The notes under the pieces are model-generated. The model did not search any database. It was not told the origin of the DNA and was given only the letters and a program-made list of their open reading frames with translations. Below, piece after piece: positions 1-9,262 of a stretch of DNA of 32,000 nucleotides. A program made the position numbers and the translations under genes. Numbering within the stretch: the first letter of the stretch is position 1; each line of letters begins with the position of its first letter. Origin of the DNA: Nitrososphaerota archaeon (GTDB taxonomy: Archaea; Thermoproteota; Nitrososphaeria; Nitrososphaerales; UBA57); assembly GCA_016871995.1 (NCBI GenBank), contig VHBL01000003.1, forward strand, positions 116,603 to 148,602, written 5' to 3'.

Positions 1-516
1 TTCCCCCTGCGTGAAAGCTCTCCCGCAGTTCTCGCACCCGTCTGAATACTGTCTTTCTGCATTGCAATACGGGCATGTGCCAATGATGTACCTGTCAGGC
101 AGGAACTTTTTGTCGAACTCGCAATACGGCTGAATTATGTCTTGCCTGTAGATGTAGCCCTTTTCGTATAGCTTGGTGAAGAAATACTGAACAAACTTGA
201 TATTTTCCTTTGAGCTGGTCTTGTAGAAAAAGTCAAACGAAATGCCAAGGGCTGTAAAGTCTTCATAGTCCCTTCTGTTCCAAAATGCGACATGCTCCTC
301 TGGAGTCTTCTTGGCCTTTTCCGCTTCGATCAGGATTGGAGTCCCGAAATCGTCGCTGGCGCAGGTGAATACTACATCGTAGCCCTTCAACCGACTATAT
401 CTTGCAAAAATGTCAGGAGGTAAGTATGTTGATGTTATGTGCCCGAGATGGATTTCGCCGTTGGCATAAGGAAGGGCTGCGGTTATGGTAATCTTCTTGT
501 TGAGTTTCCCGTTCAC
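1..516 (-). CDS. metG: methionyl-tRNA synthetase, N-terminal 172 codons (gene runs off the window start)
   Basis: Absent from the ORF track because it has no stop in the window. The minus frame is open from GTG (516-514) to nt 1: VNGKLNKKITITAALPYANGEIHLGHITSTYLPPDIFARYSRLKGYDVVF...IIGTCPYCNAERQYSDGCENCG. It has the class-I HIGH-type motif (HLGH) and the MetRS zinc knuckle CPYC...CENCG. Confidence 0.85.
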   Translation of the reverse strand, partial: MNGKLNKKITITAALPYANGEIHLGHITSTYLPPDIFARYSRLKGYDVVFTCASDDFGTPILIEAEKAKKTPEEHVAFWNRRDYEDFTALGISFDFFYKTSSKENIKFVQYFFTKLYEKGYIYRQDIIQPYCEFDKKFLPDRYIIGTCPYCNAERQYSDGCENCGRAFTQGE

Positions 517-540
517 CTGCAAAAATATAGTATGTGATTG

Positions 541-966
541 CTAATAAGTATTAGCAGAATTTGGAGAGTAAAGTTTCTCTCCCCTTATCCCTTCATCCAT
601 TTTGACAAGCTCTTTTTCCTGCATTGCAGATAATTTCTTTGCAATTATTCTCCTTGACGCTGTTCCTCTTTCTGCCTTGACCTCTCTGGTTATCTGTGAA
701 ATATTCAGAGGCTTGCCAGCTTTGTGCAGAGTTTCGAGTATGTGCCTTTCGATATCCCCATAGTTCTGATTCTGTGCAGCGTTCCGCAATGAAGAGGCCA
801 AGCCTACAAACGAGCCTACTGCAGATACCACGCCTCGAAGAGTTCTGAGTTCCTGCTGCAAGTCCTCTACAGAGCCAGTTTCTTTCAGTAGCAGTTTCTC
901 TACCCTCTCCAGTCTACCAGCAAGGTCTATCAGCCTTTCTTCAAGGCTCCTCTTGTTCTCTGCCAA
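541..966 (-). CDS. hypothetical protein with N-terminal coiled coil and C-terminal winged-helix-like DNA-binding region
   Basis: 141-aa ORF. The C-terminal part (ILETLHKAGKPLNISQITREVKAERGTASRRIIAKKLSAMQEKELV) has the helix-turn-helix-wing pattern of MarR/ArsR-like wHTH proteins. It overlaps the upstream ORF by 26 nt, which suggests an operon. Confidence 0.5.
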   Translation of the reverse strand: MAENKRSLEERLIDLAGRLERVEKLLLKETGSVEDLQQELRTLRGVVSAVGSFVGLASSLRNAAQNQNYGDIERHILETLHKAGKPLNISQITREVKAERGTASRRIIAKKLSAMQEKELVKMDEGIRGEKLYSPNSANTY

Positions 967-1204
967 GGCTAATCAGCCTGCCAATGCTCAGCGCTTCTGA
1001 AAAGTCGGGAACCGCGATCTCTGCAAGTCTCTCGGCGGCATCATCTGTAAAACCTTCCTCTTGGAGTATCTTCCTGGCCTTCTCTGTAGTCTTCTTGGTC
1101 TGCCTCTTTGTCCTCCAATATAATGAGAGGTAACCGCGAAAGAGTGCCCCTGACAGTACGCCTGCAGAGGCTAGGACTGACAGCCCTGAGCGTATCTTGC
1201 CCAT
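941..1204 (-). CDS. hypothetical small protein (one N-terminal hydrophobic segment)
   Basis: 87-aa ORF. Its ATG (1204-1202) lies 2 nt after the TGA of the upstream ORF, a tight operon arrangement. No recognisable family. Confidence 0.4.
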   Translation of the reverse strand: MGKIRSGLSVLASAGVLSGALFRGYLSLYWRTKRQTKKTTEKARKILQEEGFTDDAAERLAEIAVPDFSEALSIGRLISLGREQEEP

Positions 1205-1206
1205 GT

Positions 1207-1554
1207 TCAGTCCTTTTCTTCGTCGTGGTGCCTCTTGTGTATCACTATTCTGCGCCCGCCGCTTCCAACGACCTTTTCAAGTATGGAGACTGGGCTTGCA
1301 AACTGCTGCTCGGTCATCTTCATCGCTGCTTCTTCGCTCATCCCTCCTGCAACGAGTTCCTTGTAGAATACGGATATGGCCCTTGCTCTTTCTCTTGCCT
1401 ACTTTTCGTCTGCTGCAAGCGTCATGAGTTCCTTTAGGGGCCCGATGATGTCTTTTAGCAATCCCGGTACTTCAGACCTTACCGTCTTGAGGACTTCTCT
1501 GAGTTCCTCTATGTCTTCCACTTTGTGCCTTCTTTCCTCCTTTTTTCCGCTCAT
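1207..1554 (-). CDS. small charged helical protein ORF interrupted by one in-frame TAG (51 codons, TAG at 1401-1399, then 63 further codons)
   Basis: ATG at 1554-1552 gives MSGKKEERRHKVEDIEELREVLKTVRSEVPGLLKDIIGPLKELMTLAADEK, then TAG. The same frame continues ARERARAISVFYKELVAGGMSEEAAMKMTEQQFASPVSILEKVVGSGGRRIVIHKRHHDEEKD to TGA (1209-1207). The first in-frame ATG after the TAG is at 1341-1339. The longer track ORF start (1650) adds an implausible leader. Confidence 0.4.
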
Positions 1555-1706
1555 GGTGCTATTCTGGTTGTTCACCGATAAAATAGATTGTAATAACAAG
1601 TGAGCATGTGTGAACACATAAAGGCTGGATCCAATAGACCAAAAAGCCAAATTGGCTAAACATCTATATCATTAAATATCATCTTTCCTTATGAGGATGC
1701 TGAAAA

Positions 1707-1958
1707 ATGGTCTTCGGCCTCCGTAAAGACTCCAAAATGGAGGAAATCTACAAGAAGGGTACAGCGGAGGGTCTATTGCAAGGTTATCTCAAAGCAAAAG
1801 AAGAAATGGAAGGCAGGATACGAGATTTGGAGTCAAAGGTTGAAAGTTTCAAAACGGTAGAGTTAGAGGTAGAGACCTTGTGTGTCCAGCTCAAAACCGC
1901 ACAAGATCAAATTAACCTCCTTGGAAGGCTCAATAGACTTACGAAAGACGAAGCCTGA
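1707..1958 (+). CDS. hypothetical coiled-coil protein
   Basis: 83-aa ORF with heptad-like charged sequence (EEMEGRIRDLESKVESFKTVELEVETLCVQLKTAQDQINLL). An alternative ATG lies at 1737. No family recognised. Confidence 0.45.
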   Translation: MVFGLRKDSKMEEIYKKGTAEGLLQGYLKAKEEMEGRIRDLESKVESFKTVELEVETLCVQLKTAQDQINLLGRLNRLTKDEA

Positions 1959-2056
1959 TTTTTACCATGCAAATCAACACACCAAAATAGCAGACTAAAT
2001 CAACAAAGCACAGAAAAGTACGAAAAGGTTAAGTTATCCTTCTGTGATGGCATGAT

Positions 2057-3709
2057 ATGCCGACAAATACGAACTTGATGCAGAAGCCGAAGTACATCTT
2101 CGTAACTGGCGGCGTTATGTCAGGTCTTGGCAAAGGCATAGTCTCCGGTTCCGTAGCCAAACTGCTCCAGCTTTACGGTTTGAAGGTAACATGTGCCAAG
2201 ATGGACCCTTACATCAATGCTGATGCTGGAACCATGAACCCGATCATGCATGGCGAGGTCTTTGTCACTGACGATGGAGGAGAAACTGACATGGATTTAG
2301 GCACTTATGAAAGATTCCTAGATGTTAATCTGACAAAAGATCATAACATTACGACTGGACAAGTATACCTTGACGTTATTCAGGCAGAGAGAAGGGGAGA
2401 TTATTTAGGAAAATGCGTCCAGATAATCCCCCATGTGACAGACGCGATAAGGGAGCGGATAAGAAATGTTGCGCTGAAGCATGACGTTGACATTCTGATT
2501 GTAGAATGCGGAGGCACAGTTGGAGACATCGAAGGACTTCCATTCCTTGAGGCCTTAAGACAGATGAGGCTTGAGGATGGCTCTTCGAACAGCATGTTCA
2601 TCCATGTCACGTTAGCACCAGTCCTTGACACTGTCGGCGAAGAGAAGACGAAGCCGACGCAGCACAGCGTGCAGGAATTGAGGAGGATAGGCATTCAGCC
2701 TGACATAATCGTAGTCCGGAGCAAGAAGCATTTGACCGACGATTCAAAGAGAAAGATAGCGTTATTCTCAAGCGTGGACATAGGTAATGTAATTTCTAAC
2801 CCTGATGCTGAATCAATTTACAAAGTCCCCGAAACTCTACATGCGGAAGGTATCCTGCAGGCCATCTCTGAACGGTTCAACCTCAAAAACCAGATAGACT
2901 GGGGAGATTGGGCAAAGATTTCAGATTCATTTGTAGAACCGAAAAATCAGATTCAGATAGCCATGGTAGGGAAATATGCCACATTAGCAGATAGCTATGT
3001 CAGCGTGAACGAAGCGCTTAGGCACGCGGCAGCAGCCCATAACGCAAAGGCAAAGATGACTTGGATAGAGAGCGAAGAATTTGAAAAGAATCCAAGTGTG
3101 CTGAGAAATCTTGACGAATACCACGGCGTAATCATACCGGGAGGGTTCGGAAAGAGGGGAAGCCAAGGAAAGATACTTGCAGCAAATTACGCAAGGGAAA
3201 GAAACATTCCTTATCTGGGCCTGTGTTTCGGCTTCCAATTAGCAATAGCAGCATTTGCAAGGCATGTGTGTGGCCTTGAAGGTGCAAATTCTACAGAACT
3301 GGATCCTTCAACAAAACATCCAGTAATTGACATCCTTCCATCCCAGAAAGCGGTCTCTAGCATGGGAGCAACGATGAGATTAGGAGGGCATGACATAGAC
3401 ATTGCAGAAGGCAGCATGGCATATTCTCTGTACGGGTCGACGAAGATCAGGCAGAGGCATAGGCATAGATACGAGTTCAACCAAAGCTATCTGGAGATAT
3501 TCCAGAAAAATGGCTTGAGGTTGAGCGGCTTCAGTGATAACAAGTTAAGAGCGGAGATCCTTGAAATACCATCGCACCCATTCTATCTTGCGACCCAGTA
3601 CCATCCTGAATTCCTGAGCAGGCCAGGGAAGCCAGAGCCGGTCTTCAGTGCTTTCATTGAAGCAGCGATACGCAGGAAGCAGCCGATAGTTTCTACTATA
3701 GGCCTTTAA
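2057..3709 (+). CDS. pyrG: CTP synthase (glutamine-hydrolysing)
   Basis: 550 aa. N-terminal synthetase P-loop-like [17 protein letters not shown] and [10 protein letters not shown]-terminal class-I glutamine amidotransferase with GLCFGFQ (nucleophile Cys) and RHRHRYEFN / HPEF. A start at ATG 2078 is also possible. Confidence 0.95.
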   Translation: MPTNTNLMQKPKYIFVTGGVMSGLGKGIVSGSVAKLLQLYGLKVTCAKMDPYINADAGTMNPIMHGEVFVTDDGGETDMDLGTYERFLDVNLTKDHNITTGQVYLDVIQAERRGDYLGKCVQIIPHVTDAIRERIRNVALKHDVDILIVECGGTVGDIEGLPFLEALRQMRLEDGSSNSMFIHVTLAPVLDTVGEEKTKPTQHSVQELRRIGIQPDIIVVRSKKHLTDDSKRKIALFSSVDIGNVISNPDAESIYKVPETLHAEGILQAISERFNLKNQIDWGDWAKISDSFVEPKNQIQIAMVGKYATLADSYVSVNEALRHAAAAHNAKAKMTWIESEEFEKNPSVLRNLDEYHGVIIPGGFGKRGSQGKILAANYARERNIPYLGLCFGFQLAIAAFARHVCGLEGANSTELDPSTKHPVIDILPSQKAVSSMGATMRLGGHDIDIAEGSMAYSLYGSTKIRQRHRHRYEFNQSYLEIFQKNGLRLSGFSDNKLRAEILEIPSHPFYLATQYHPEFLSRPGKPEPVFSAFIEAAIRRKQPIVSTIGL

Positions 3710-5500
3710 CTAACGCTTTGACCTTCTTCCTATCATGACCGCATAGGCGATTGAAACTGCAGCAACTGCTAGCGCAGCAACGGCAATCTGGTCTGCATAA
3801 TTCACGCCCGAAACCTGTTGTTCAGGAAGGCCAAAGGCAACTACAACGCCAGGCCTTTCCTCAACTAGCTCAGAACCACCAGTAGCGACGAAGAGCATCA
3901 TCCTCCCTCTGGCATCGGCCCCTATCCCGACACCTGCAGAGCCAAAGGAATTGAACGGGATTTTGTGCAATAGTTTCCCAGTTTCAGCATCGAGTGCATA
4001 AAACGTTCCCACTCTGTCGACAGCATAAACTACCTTGCCGCTCACTGTCAGTGCAGCGCTCTGGTACCTGTTTTCGATAAAGAAGGACCATTTTATCTGC
4101 CCTGTTGAAGCGTCTATCGCATATATCGACGAATTCTGGGGCAGGTTTGCAGGGAGCAGGAAGTTGTATCCATCAATAACCTTGTCCTTGTAGGGGATCT
4201 TTGCCCTTACGACGGTTCCGCACTCGTTCTGCGAGCTTACGAATATCGTGTTATAGGCAAATGCAGGATGAGCAAAAGGTCCTCCAAGGTTGCCTGGGCA
4301 GTGTATCTTGCCCAGAAGGACGCTAGTTGATAAAGTCAGGTTGGCAGAGTTTCCAGCATTGTCGTTTGGAGAATTGAAGCTAGGAGGGCCGATCTTTACA
4401 GGATCATAGACTGGCTTGCCAGTTAGGGCATCAAGGACATAGACATAGTTGCTCTTCGATGCACTTATCGCTACCTTCTTCTCCACGCCATTGATGGGGA
4501 CTTTGGCAAGAATTACGCTCCAGACTGGATCATGATTGTTTATGTCATGCGGAGCTGTCTGATAGTACCAGACCAGTTCTCCTGTTCGTGCATTAAGCGC
4601 AACGATAGAGGTTGAAAAAAGGTTTGGCCCGGGCCTTAATGCGGCATCAAAACCTACGGATGACGGGTCTCCAATGTTAGTGTATATCAACCCAGTTTCG
4701 TCGTCTACAACCATATAACCCCAAGGGGTCCCACCACCAATAAGCTCGGAGTTCCCCCAGTCTCCTCTGTACGGATTGATATTTCCCTTTGCAGCATCCT
4801 TCAAGCCCCAGTCTGGCTCTCCTCCTGCACGCGGAACAGAGAACCATCTCCAAAGCAATTGCTCGCTATTCAAATCATAAGCAGAGACGAAACCTCTTGC
4901 ACCATAGAAGGCGCCGTTAGACCTTGTAATTAGGATGTCCTTGTAGAATACAGGCGACATGACCCCAAAGTATTGACCTGTATTGCCTGGTATAGCCTTG
5001 CACGTATCTGGTAGGGAAAATTTCAATTCTCCCGTTGTAGGCTCAAGGCCGTATATGCTACAGTCATTTCCCTGCATGTATAGAACTCCGTTGTGCAATG
5101 TTAAGGATCTTGTTGCAAATCTTCCAGACCACCAAGACTTTGCAAAATACGATGTTATGTTGGGCTGAAAAGACCAGACTTCCCTTCCCGTAGAGCCTTC
5201 CAAAGCAATCAGTCTGTTGTAGCCCGTTGCGAAATACACAATCCCGTTTATTGCCATGGGGGTCGTCTGGATTCCTTCCGGGGCTACGCCTCCAACCCCT
5301 TTGGGCTTTGCTGGGACTTGGTAAACCCAGTTTGTCTGCAGGTCTGCAACGTTCTGGTTGGTAATTTGCAATTGAGGATTGAAGTTCGTATTGAAAGCAT
5401 CAAAGCCCGGGAGTTCCCAATTTGCACCTAACAAGGAATTTTGGGCCTCGGCAAGGCCTGAGCTGGACAGGATAAGTAGAATAAGCAGATACGCTTTCAC
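3710..5500 (-). CDS. PQQ-dependent dehydrogenase-like 8-bladed beta-propeller protein with signal peptide and C-terminal TM anchor
   Basis: 596 aa. The N-terminal signal-like segment is MKAYLLILLILSSSGLAEA. Repeated propeller motifs typical of quinoproteins are present (GIQTTPMAINGIVYFATGYNRLIALEGSTGREVWSF, ...YALDAETGKLLHK). The C-terminal hydrophobic helix AVAALAVAAVSIAYAVMIG is followed by RRSKR. Confidence 0.8.
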   Translation of the reverse strand: MKAYLLILLILSSSGLAEAQNSLLGANWELPGFDAFNTNFNPQLQITNQNVADLQTNWVYQVPAKPKGVGGVAPEGIQTTPMAINGIVYFATGYNRLIALEGSTGREVWSFQPNITSYFAKSWWSGRFATRSLTLHNGVLYMQGNDCSIYGLEPTTGELKFSLPDTCKAIPGNTGQYFGVMSPVFYKDILITRSNGAFYGARGFVSAYDLNSEQLLWRWFSVPRAGGEPDWGLKDAAKGNINPYRGDWGNSELIGGGTPWGYMVVDDETGLIYTNIGDPSSVGFDAALRPGPNLFSTSIVALNARTGELVWYYQTAPHDINNHDPVWSVILAKVPINGVEKKVAISASKSNYVYVLDALTGKPVYDPVKIGPPSFNSPNDNAGNSANLTLSTSVLLGKIHCPGNLGGPFAHPAFAYNTIFVSSQNECGTVVRAKIPYKDKVIDGYNFLLPANLPQNSSIYAIDASTGQIKWSFFIENRYQSAALTVSGKVVYAVDRVGTFYALDAETGKLLHKIPFNSFGSAGVGIGADARGRMMLFVATGGSELVEERPGVVVAFGLPEQQVSGVNYADQIAVAALAVAAVSIAYAVMIGRRSKR

Positions 5501-5574
5501 GAACAGTGCTTGGCAAGGGTTGGAATAAAACGTTCTGCTACGTTCATAAGAGAGCTTTCTTTTGAGCTTGTGAA

Positions 5575-5796
5575 TTGAATCGATATACAGCTATCAGCAT
5601 CTTGCTGGCAGTTTCGCTCATGGCCATGACGAGTCTCTTCGCTGCCTTTATGGTGAGTTTCGGGGCAAACGACAGAAATATCGGTTTCATGCTATTATTG
5701 CTGATTTATCTATTCGGAGTGCTTTCCATCCTATCTGCAGTATATTTGGAGAAACTGGAGAAAAGTCGCAGCAAGGCCTTGCAGGATAATAAGTGA
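5575..5796 (+). CDS. hypothetical small membrane protein (2 predicted TM helices)
   Basis: 73-aa ORF with a TTG start and two hydrophobic stretches (ISILLAVSLMAMTSLFAAFMV, MLLLLIYLFGVLSILSAVYL). No family recognised. Confidence 0.4.
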   Translation: MNRYTAISILLAVSLMAMTSLFAAFMVSFGANDRNIGFMLLLLIYLFGVLSILSAVYLEKLEKSRSKALQDNK

Positions 5797-5800
5797 TTTT

Positions 5801-5980
5801 ATGAGCAGAAAGTTAACATGCGGAGTTTGTGGCTCTCCGTTTACATGCGAGCTTTCTATGAGCTGCTGGTGCGGTGGAAGAAAATTAAGCAACGATGCTA
5901 TAGAAAGAATATCTAGGTTTGCTGGAGATTGCATATGCCCTTCCTGCATCGCATCATTCGAAACTGAAAGAACGGTTTGA
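5801..5980 (+). CDS. small cysteine-rich protein, Cys_rich_CWC-like (59 aa)
   Basis: Not in the ORF track (below the length cut-off). ATG 5801 to TGA 5978-5980: MSRKLTCGVCGSPFTCELSMSCWCGGRKLSNDAIERISRFAGDCICPSCIASFETERTV. The CxxC...C...CWC...CxCxxC pattern matches what I recall of the 'cysteine-rich CWC' small-protein family. It starts 5 nt after the previous ORF's stop. Confidence 0.55.
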   Translation: MSRKLTCGVCGSPFTCELSMSCWCGGRKLSNDAIERISRFAGDCICPSCIASFETERTV

Positions 5981-6117
5981 AGGATATTAGTCTGAGCCAA
6001 CTAGAACTATTTCTACGCGACCAAGGCACCACTAAGCAAGTCTTGGATGAATCCCGGAGAGTGCATACGTTCATGACGGGAAGAAGGCATCAGGAAAGAA
6101 GCCCTCCATAATGAATC

Positions 6118-6132
6118 ATAAATATATTTATT
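6118..6132 (+). promoter_or_regulatory. TATA-like box upstream of the epimerase gene
   Basis: ataaatatatttatt is the only strongly AT-rich block in the 6000-6170 spacer. It lies about 40-50 nt upstream of ATG 6171. Confidence 0.35.
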
Positions 6133-6170
6133 CGCCGCAAATAGCCCCTAACCAACTTCCGACTAGGCAG

Positions 6171-7146
6171 ATGGGAGACAACGAACAATAACAAAACAAT
6201 CCTCGTTACAGGCGGCGCTGGCTTTATCGCCTCAAACCTCAGCGATGCACTCTTGAACCAAGGATTTAGAGTAATAGCCGTAGATAACTTCGACCCCTAC
6301 TATGACGCAGGGACAAAGAAACGCAACATCACAACTAGCTTAAAACACCCAAACTACAAATTTATCGAGCTGGACATCAGAAATACTTCGGAACTTAACC
6401 CTCTATTGAAAACTGAAAACGTAAGACACGTCTGCCACCTGGCTGCTAGAGCAGGGGTAAGACCATCACTGGAAGACCCTAATCCCTACTTTGAAGTGAA
6501 TTTATGTGGGACAGCAGCGCTCCTCGAAGCATGCAGAAAAAGCGGTGTTGAGAAAATCATCTACACATCATCGTCATCCGTCTACGGAACAGCAAATTAC
6601 CTGCCTATCGATGAAGGACACCCTACACAACCGCTCTCCCCATATGGCGTCACCAAGCTCTTGGCTGAAGACCTATGCCAATCCTACCATAGAATCTACG
6701 GGTTAGACACAGTTATACTAAGATACTTCACAGTCTACGGTCCAAGACAAAGACCTGATGAAGCCATCAACAAATTCCTTACCCAAATACTCAGAGGCGA
6801 ACCGATAACCGTCTACGGCGACGGAAACCAGCGTAGAGATTTTACCTACGTATCAGACGTAGTCAAAGCAACCATTCTTGCAATTCAAAAAGCAACAAGC
6901 AACGCCACATTGAATATCGGTTCAGGAAAGACACATACAGTCAACGAGCTCCTCGAAATTCTTGAAGAAGTCACCTCGCATAAGATCGCTAAAAGGCACA
7001 TAGAAAGGCACACAGCAGACGTGGGAGCTACATGGGCCAGCATCGAAAAGGCAAAGCATGTAATAGGCTACAGGCCCGAAGTCAACCTAAAAGAAGGAGT
7101 AAAAGCATTCTACAACTGGCTTACGTCAAACCCAGCAACTAACTAG
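6171..7146 (+). CDS. NAD-dependent epimerase/dehydratase (UDP-glucuronate/UDP-sugar 4-epimerase-like); 5' end anomalous
   Basis: The track ORF starts at TTG 6253. The same frame is open from 6145 and already encodes KTILVTGGAGFIASNL (6193-6240), the Rossmann GxxGxxG motif. It also has YxxxK (SPYGVTKLLAE) and RYFTVYGPRQRPD, typical of this epimerase subgroup. No in-frame ATG/GTG/TTG lies between 6145 and 6253, and ATG 6171 is 1 nt out of frame. Confidence 0.8.
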
Positions 7147-8930
7147 GCCTTAAAAGCGAAGACAACGACAGCCGGGTTCTCCCACACTACCGTAAATCCA
7201 TCAGCCGCCTTATACAGCTCGTACAGGTTCAAAACCGAGCCATCCCTCTCATTTACTACAGTACGCGACACAATAACAAACCTATGGCCCCCAGCAGTGG
7301 CCAAAGAAGTAACGTTATCAGGAGGAACAAAGGTGTAGAACGGAACAGCTCTCCCCGTCAGATGTTCGGCGTAGGATAAACGCCAATCACCCACAGCAAG
7401 AAGTGATGCATTGGGCAGAGTGTTACTACGTATCCACTTAACAGCATCATAAACCCCCTCATTCTGCTGGCGGAAACCCTCGGAATTCCTAAAAGCATCA
7501 GACAACTGAAGAGGTAGCAGTGAACTAGCAAATATCACACCTATAAGCGCGACCAGAACCAAGTTTCGCAGGAGACGTGGTGGTGCCGTAGATTTGAGGA
7601 CGCCCACGCCATGGCGGCGCACGACTCTCTTAATCTTCATTTGCCCAACCGCTGAATCGATACTCTTCAGACCAACAGCGAAGACGAGGATGAGTGGAAG
7701 AAGAGCGTAATAGGCTGATCGCCAAGCGAGACCAGTGCTTGGAGCAGTAGCCCAAACCGCAAAGAACCACACGTAGAAGAAAAAGACCCAAAAGCTCAAT
7801 CTCTGCTTCAAAACCAGCAACGGAGTAGCGAAGACTAGGGCTAGAGCCAAGAAGGGAAAGGCCTCACTCTGAAGAAAGTAGAGAAACTGCAGGAAAGGCG
7901 AAACACCACCAAGGAATGAAGCAAGAGCGGTGCGTGGTGCGCCCGTGATACCACCACCAACAGAGCTCCCCCCTGGTATAGAAAGAATCAAAGAGAGGGC
8001 ATCCGGGCGAATAGCTGCAACGATCGCGCCTGGAATGGTCAGAATGATGAGCCCCCTCACAAGAAACTTGAACCTAGAGCGAGCCAAGAAGAATGCTAGG
8101 GGTATCATCACCCAGAGCGCAACCAAGAAGATCACTATCGTAAAATGTGATAAGTATAGAGCCAACCCGCCAAGAAACAGTAGACCCATCCTAAGCTTCG
8201 ATGGACCTCCTACATACTCCACCAGCAGCAAAAACACACTTAAAGAAACAAGACTGCCATAGAAATTTGAATAGAGCCCGCTGATAAACAACCCGTACCA
8301 CCACATCCCCGCAGGAAGATACAGTAGCGCCGCAACAAGTGCAGTGCCCCGGTGATGCAGAACACCATATACAGTCGAATATATCAGAAGTGGTGCCAAG
8401 GTTGCAACCACGGCCATAATCCTCTGCATAGCCACAAATGGCTCCAACCCCACCAACAAGACACCCGCACCGATTAGGAAATGCACACCAGGAGGATAAC
8501 TCACCGAAGACAAATCAGCCCTCCCCTGAAGGAACTCATCAGATAGGGCCAGATGGAGAAGGAAGTCAGCTGAGTAGGACAGTGGGAAGATGGGGCTTAG
8601 AGAGTTGAAAAGGCCGATTATACCTGCGGTTAATGCAAGTACGAGTAGTGCGATAACATCTTCCTTGCCAATCCTCACCTCCCTCAGACTTTTTACTCGG
8701 AAGAGTATGACGACTGCGCTAGCCACCAAGATAAGAGATAGGTGCACCACAGAAACTGTTCTGAACGTAGCATAAGCCAACAGCAACAGCAGTGGTAATC
8801 CTACTAGGCTCAAGCCAAAGGACAAGCCCAGAACATCTGCCAAGCTTCTACCTTGATGATTATTTGTCGCTACAGCCAACGCAAAACCGGGCAGGAGCAG
8901 AACCGCAGCGACTGGAAGGAGTTCAAGCAT
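7143..8930 (-). CDS. large polytopic membrane protein with C-terminal soluble domain; possible GT-C-fold glycosyltransferase
   Basis: 595 aa with more than 12 hydrophobic helices, followed by a soluble C-terminal region of about 110 aa. An acidic first-loop segment (LSDEFLQGRADLSSVSYPPG) and the overall architecture resemble ArnT/PMT-type GT-C enzymes. The function is inferred from architecture and glycan-gene neighbourhood only. Confidence 0.55.
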   Translation of the reverse strand: MLELLPVAAVLLLPGFALAVATNNHQGRSLADVLGLSFGLSLVGLPLLLLLAYATFRTVSVVHLSLILVASAVVILFRVKSLREVRIGKEDVIALLVLALTAGIIGLFNSLSPIFPLSYSADFLLHLALSDEFLQGRADLSSVSYPPGVHFLIGAGVLLVGLEPFVAMQRIMAVVATLAPLLIYSTVYGVLHHRGTALVAALLYLPAGMWWYGLFISGLYSNFYGSLVSLSVFLLLVEYVGGPSKLRMGLLFLGGLALYLSHFTIVIFLVALWVMIPLAFFLARSRFKFLVRGLIILTIPGAIVAAIRPDALSLILSIPGGSSVGGGITGAPRTALASFLGGVSPFLQFLYFLQSEAFPFLALALVFATPLLVLKQRLSFWVFFFYVWFFAVWATAPSTGLAWRSAYYALLPLILVFAVGLKSIDSAVGQMKIKRVVRRHGVGVLKSTAPPRLLRNLVLVALIGVIFASSLLPLQLSDAFRNSEGFRQQNEGVYDAVKWIRSNTLPNASLLAVGDWRLSYAEHLTGRAVPFYTFVPPDNVTSLATAGGHRFVIVSRTVVNERDGSVLNLYELYKAADGFTVVWENPAVVVFAFKA

Positions 8931-8959
8931 TATTGACAGAGAAAACCATCATACCCATA

Positions 8960-9262
8960 TTAAGAATTTGCATCGAACGAGTCCTCATTTTTGATTCGTA
9001 CGCTGTTAACGTGATTGTCGTTCAGGCTATTTGTCGGTAGAACGGTATTTTCTAACCTGTTGGAGAAATTCGGGAGACTGTCTGGAATGGCAATTGGAAG
9101 ATACTTCCTTGTCTGAATCGATGATTTTTGTCGCATTTTGTCGTATTCTGGGGGGAGGGCGTATATCACTGTAATTGCAGGATAATCTTCAGAGAGATTT
9201 ACTTCTACTGGTTTTAAAGAAAACATAATCTCAAATGGGATATATCCTATTATCGATTCCAA
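8960..9262 (-). CDS. hypothetical protein downstream of the terminase remnant
   Basis: 100-aa ORF that overlaps the terminase-like ORF end by 32 nt. No recognisable motifs. It may be a provirus remnant or non-coding. Confidence 0.25.
   Translation of the reverse strand: MESIIGYIPFEIMFSLKPVEVNLSEDYPAITVIYALPPEYDKMRQKSSIQTRKYLPIAIPDSLPNFSNRLENTVLPTNSLNDNHVNSVRIKNEDSFDANS

Noticed and set aside
540-555. AT-rich palindrome gctaata-ag-tattagc overlapping the wHTH gene stop, 24 nt upstream of the metG GTG.
   Set aside because: It is short and AT-rich with a 2-nt spacer, so it would be a poor RNA hairpin, and it is plausible by chance in an AT-rich spacer. There is not enough evidence to call it an operator or terminator.
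1108-1603. Three overlapping + strand ORFs (1108-1437, 1197-1427, 1376-1603).
   Set aside because: They are antisense to the tightly coupled minus-strand small-gene operon, mutually overlapping in different frames, and Cys/Leu/Ser/Phe-rich without motifs. They are shadow ORFs.
3707-3712. Convergent genes with abutting or shared stops: pyrG TAA directly abuts the PQQ-protein TAG, and at 7143-7146 the epimerase and the membrane protein share a palindromic CTAG as overlapping stops.
   Set aside because: The observation is real, but it is a common consequence of compact genomes. There is no evidence of functional significance beyond the lack of intergenic terminators.
7143-8930. A 'GMWWYG' string in the polytopic membrane protein, reminiscent of the AglB/STT3 WWDYG motif.
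   Set aside because: The catalytic Asp is missing. The string lies inside a predicted TM region at about one third of the protein, not in the C-terminal soluble domain after the last TM, so there is no support for an oligosaccharyltransferase call.
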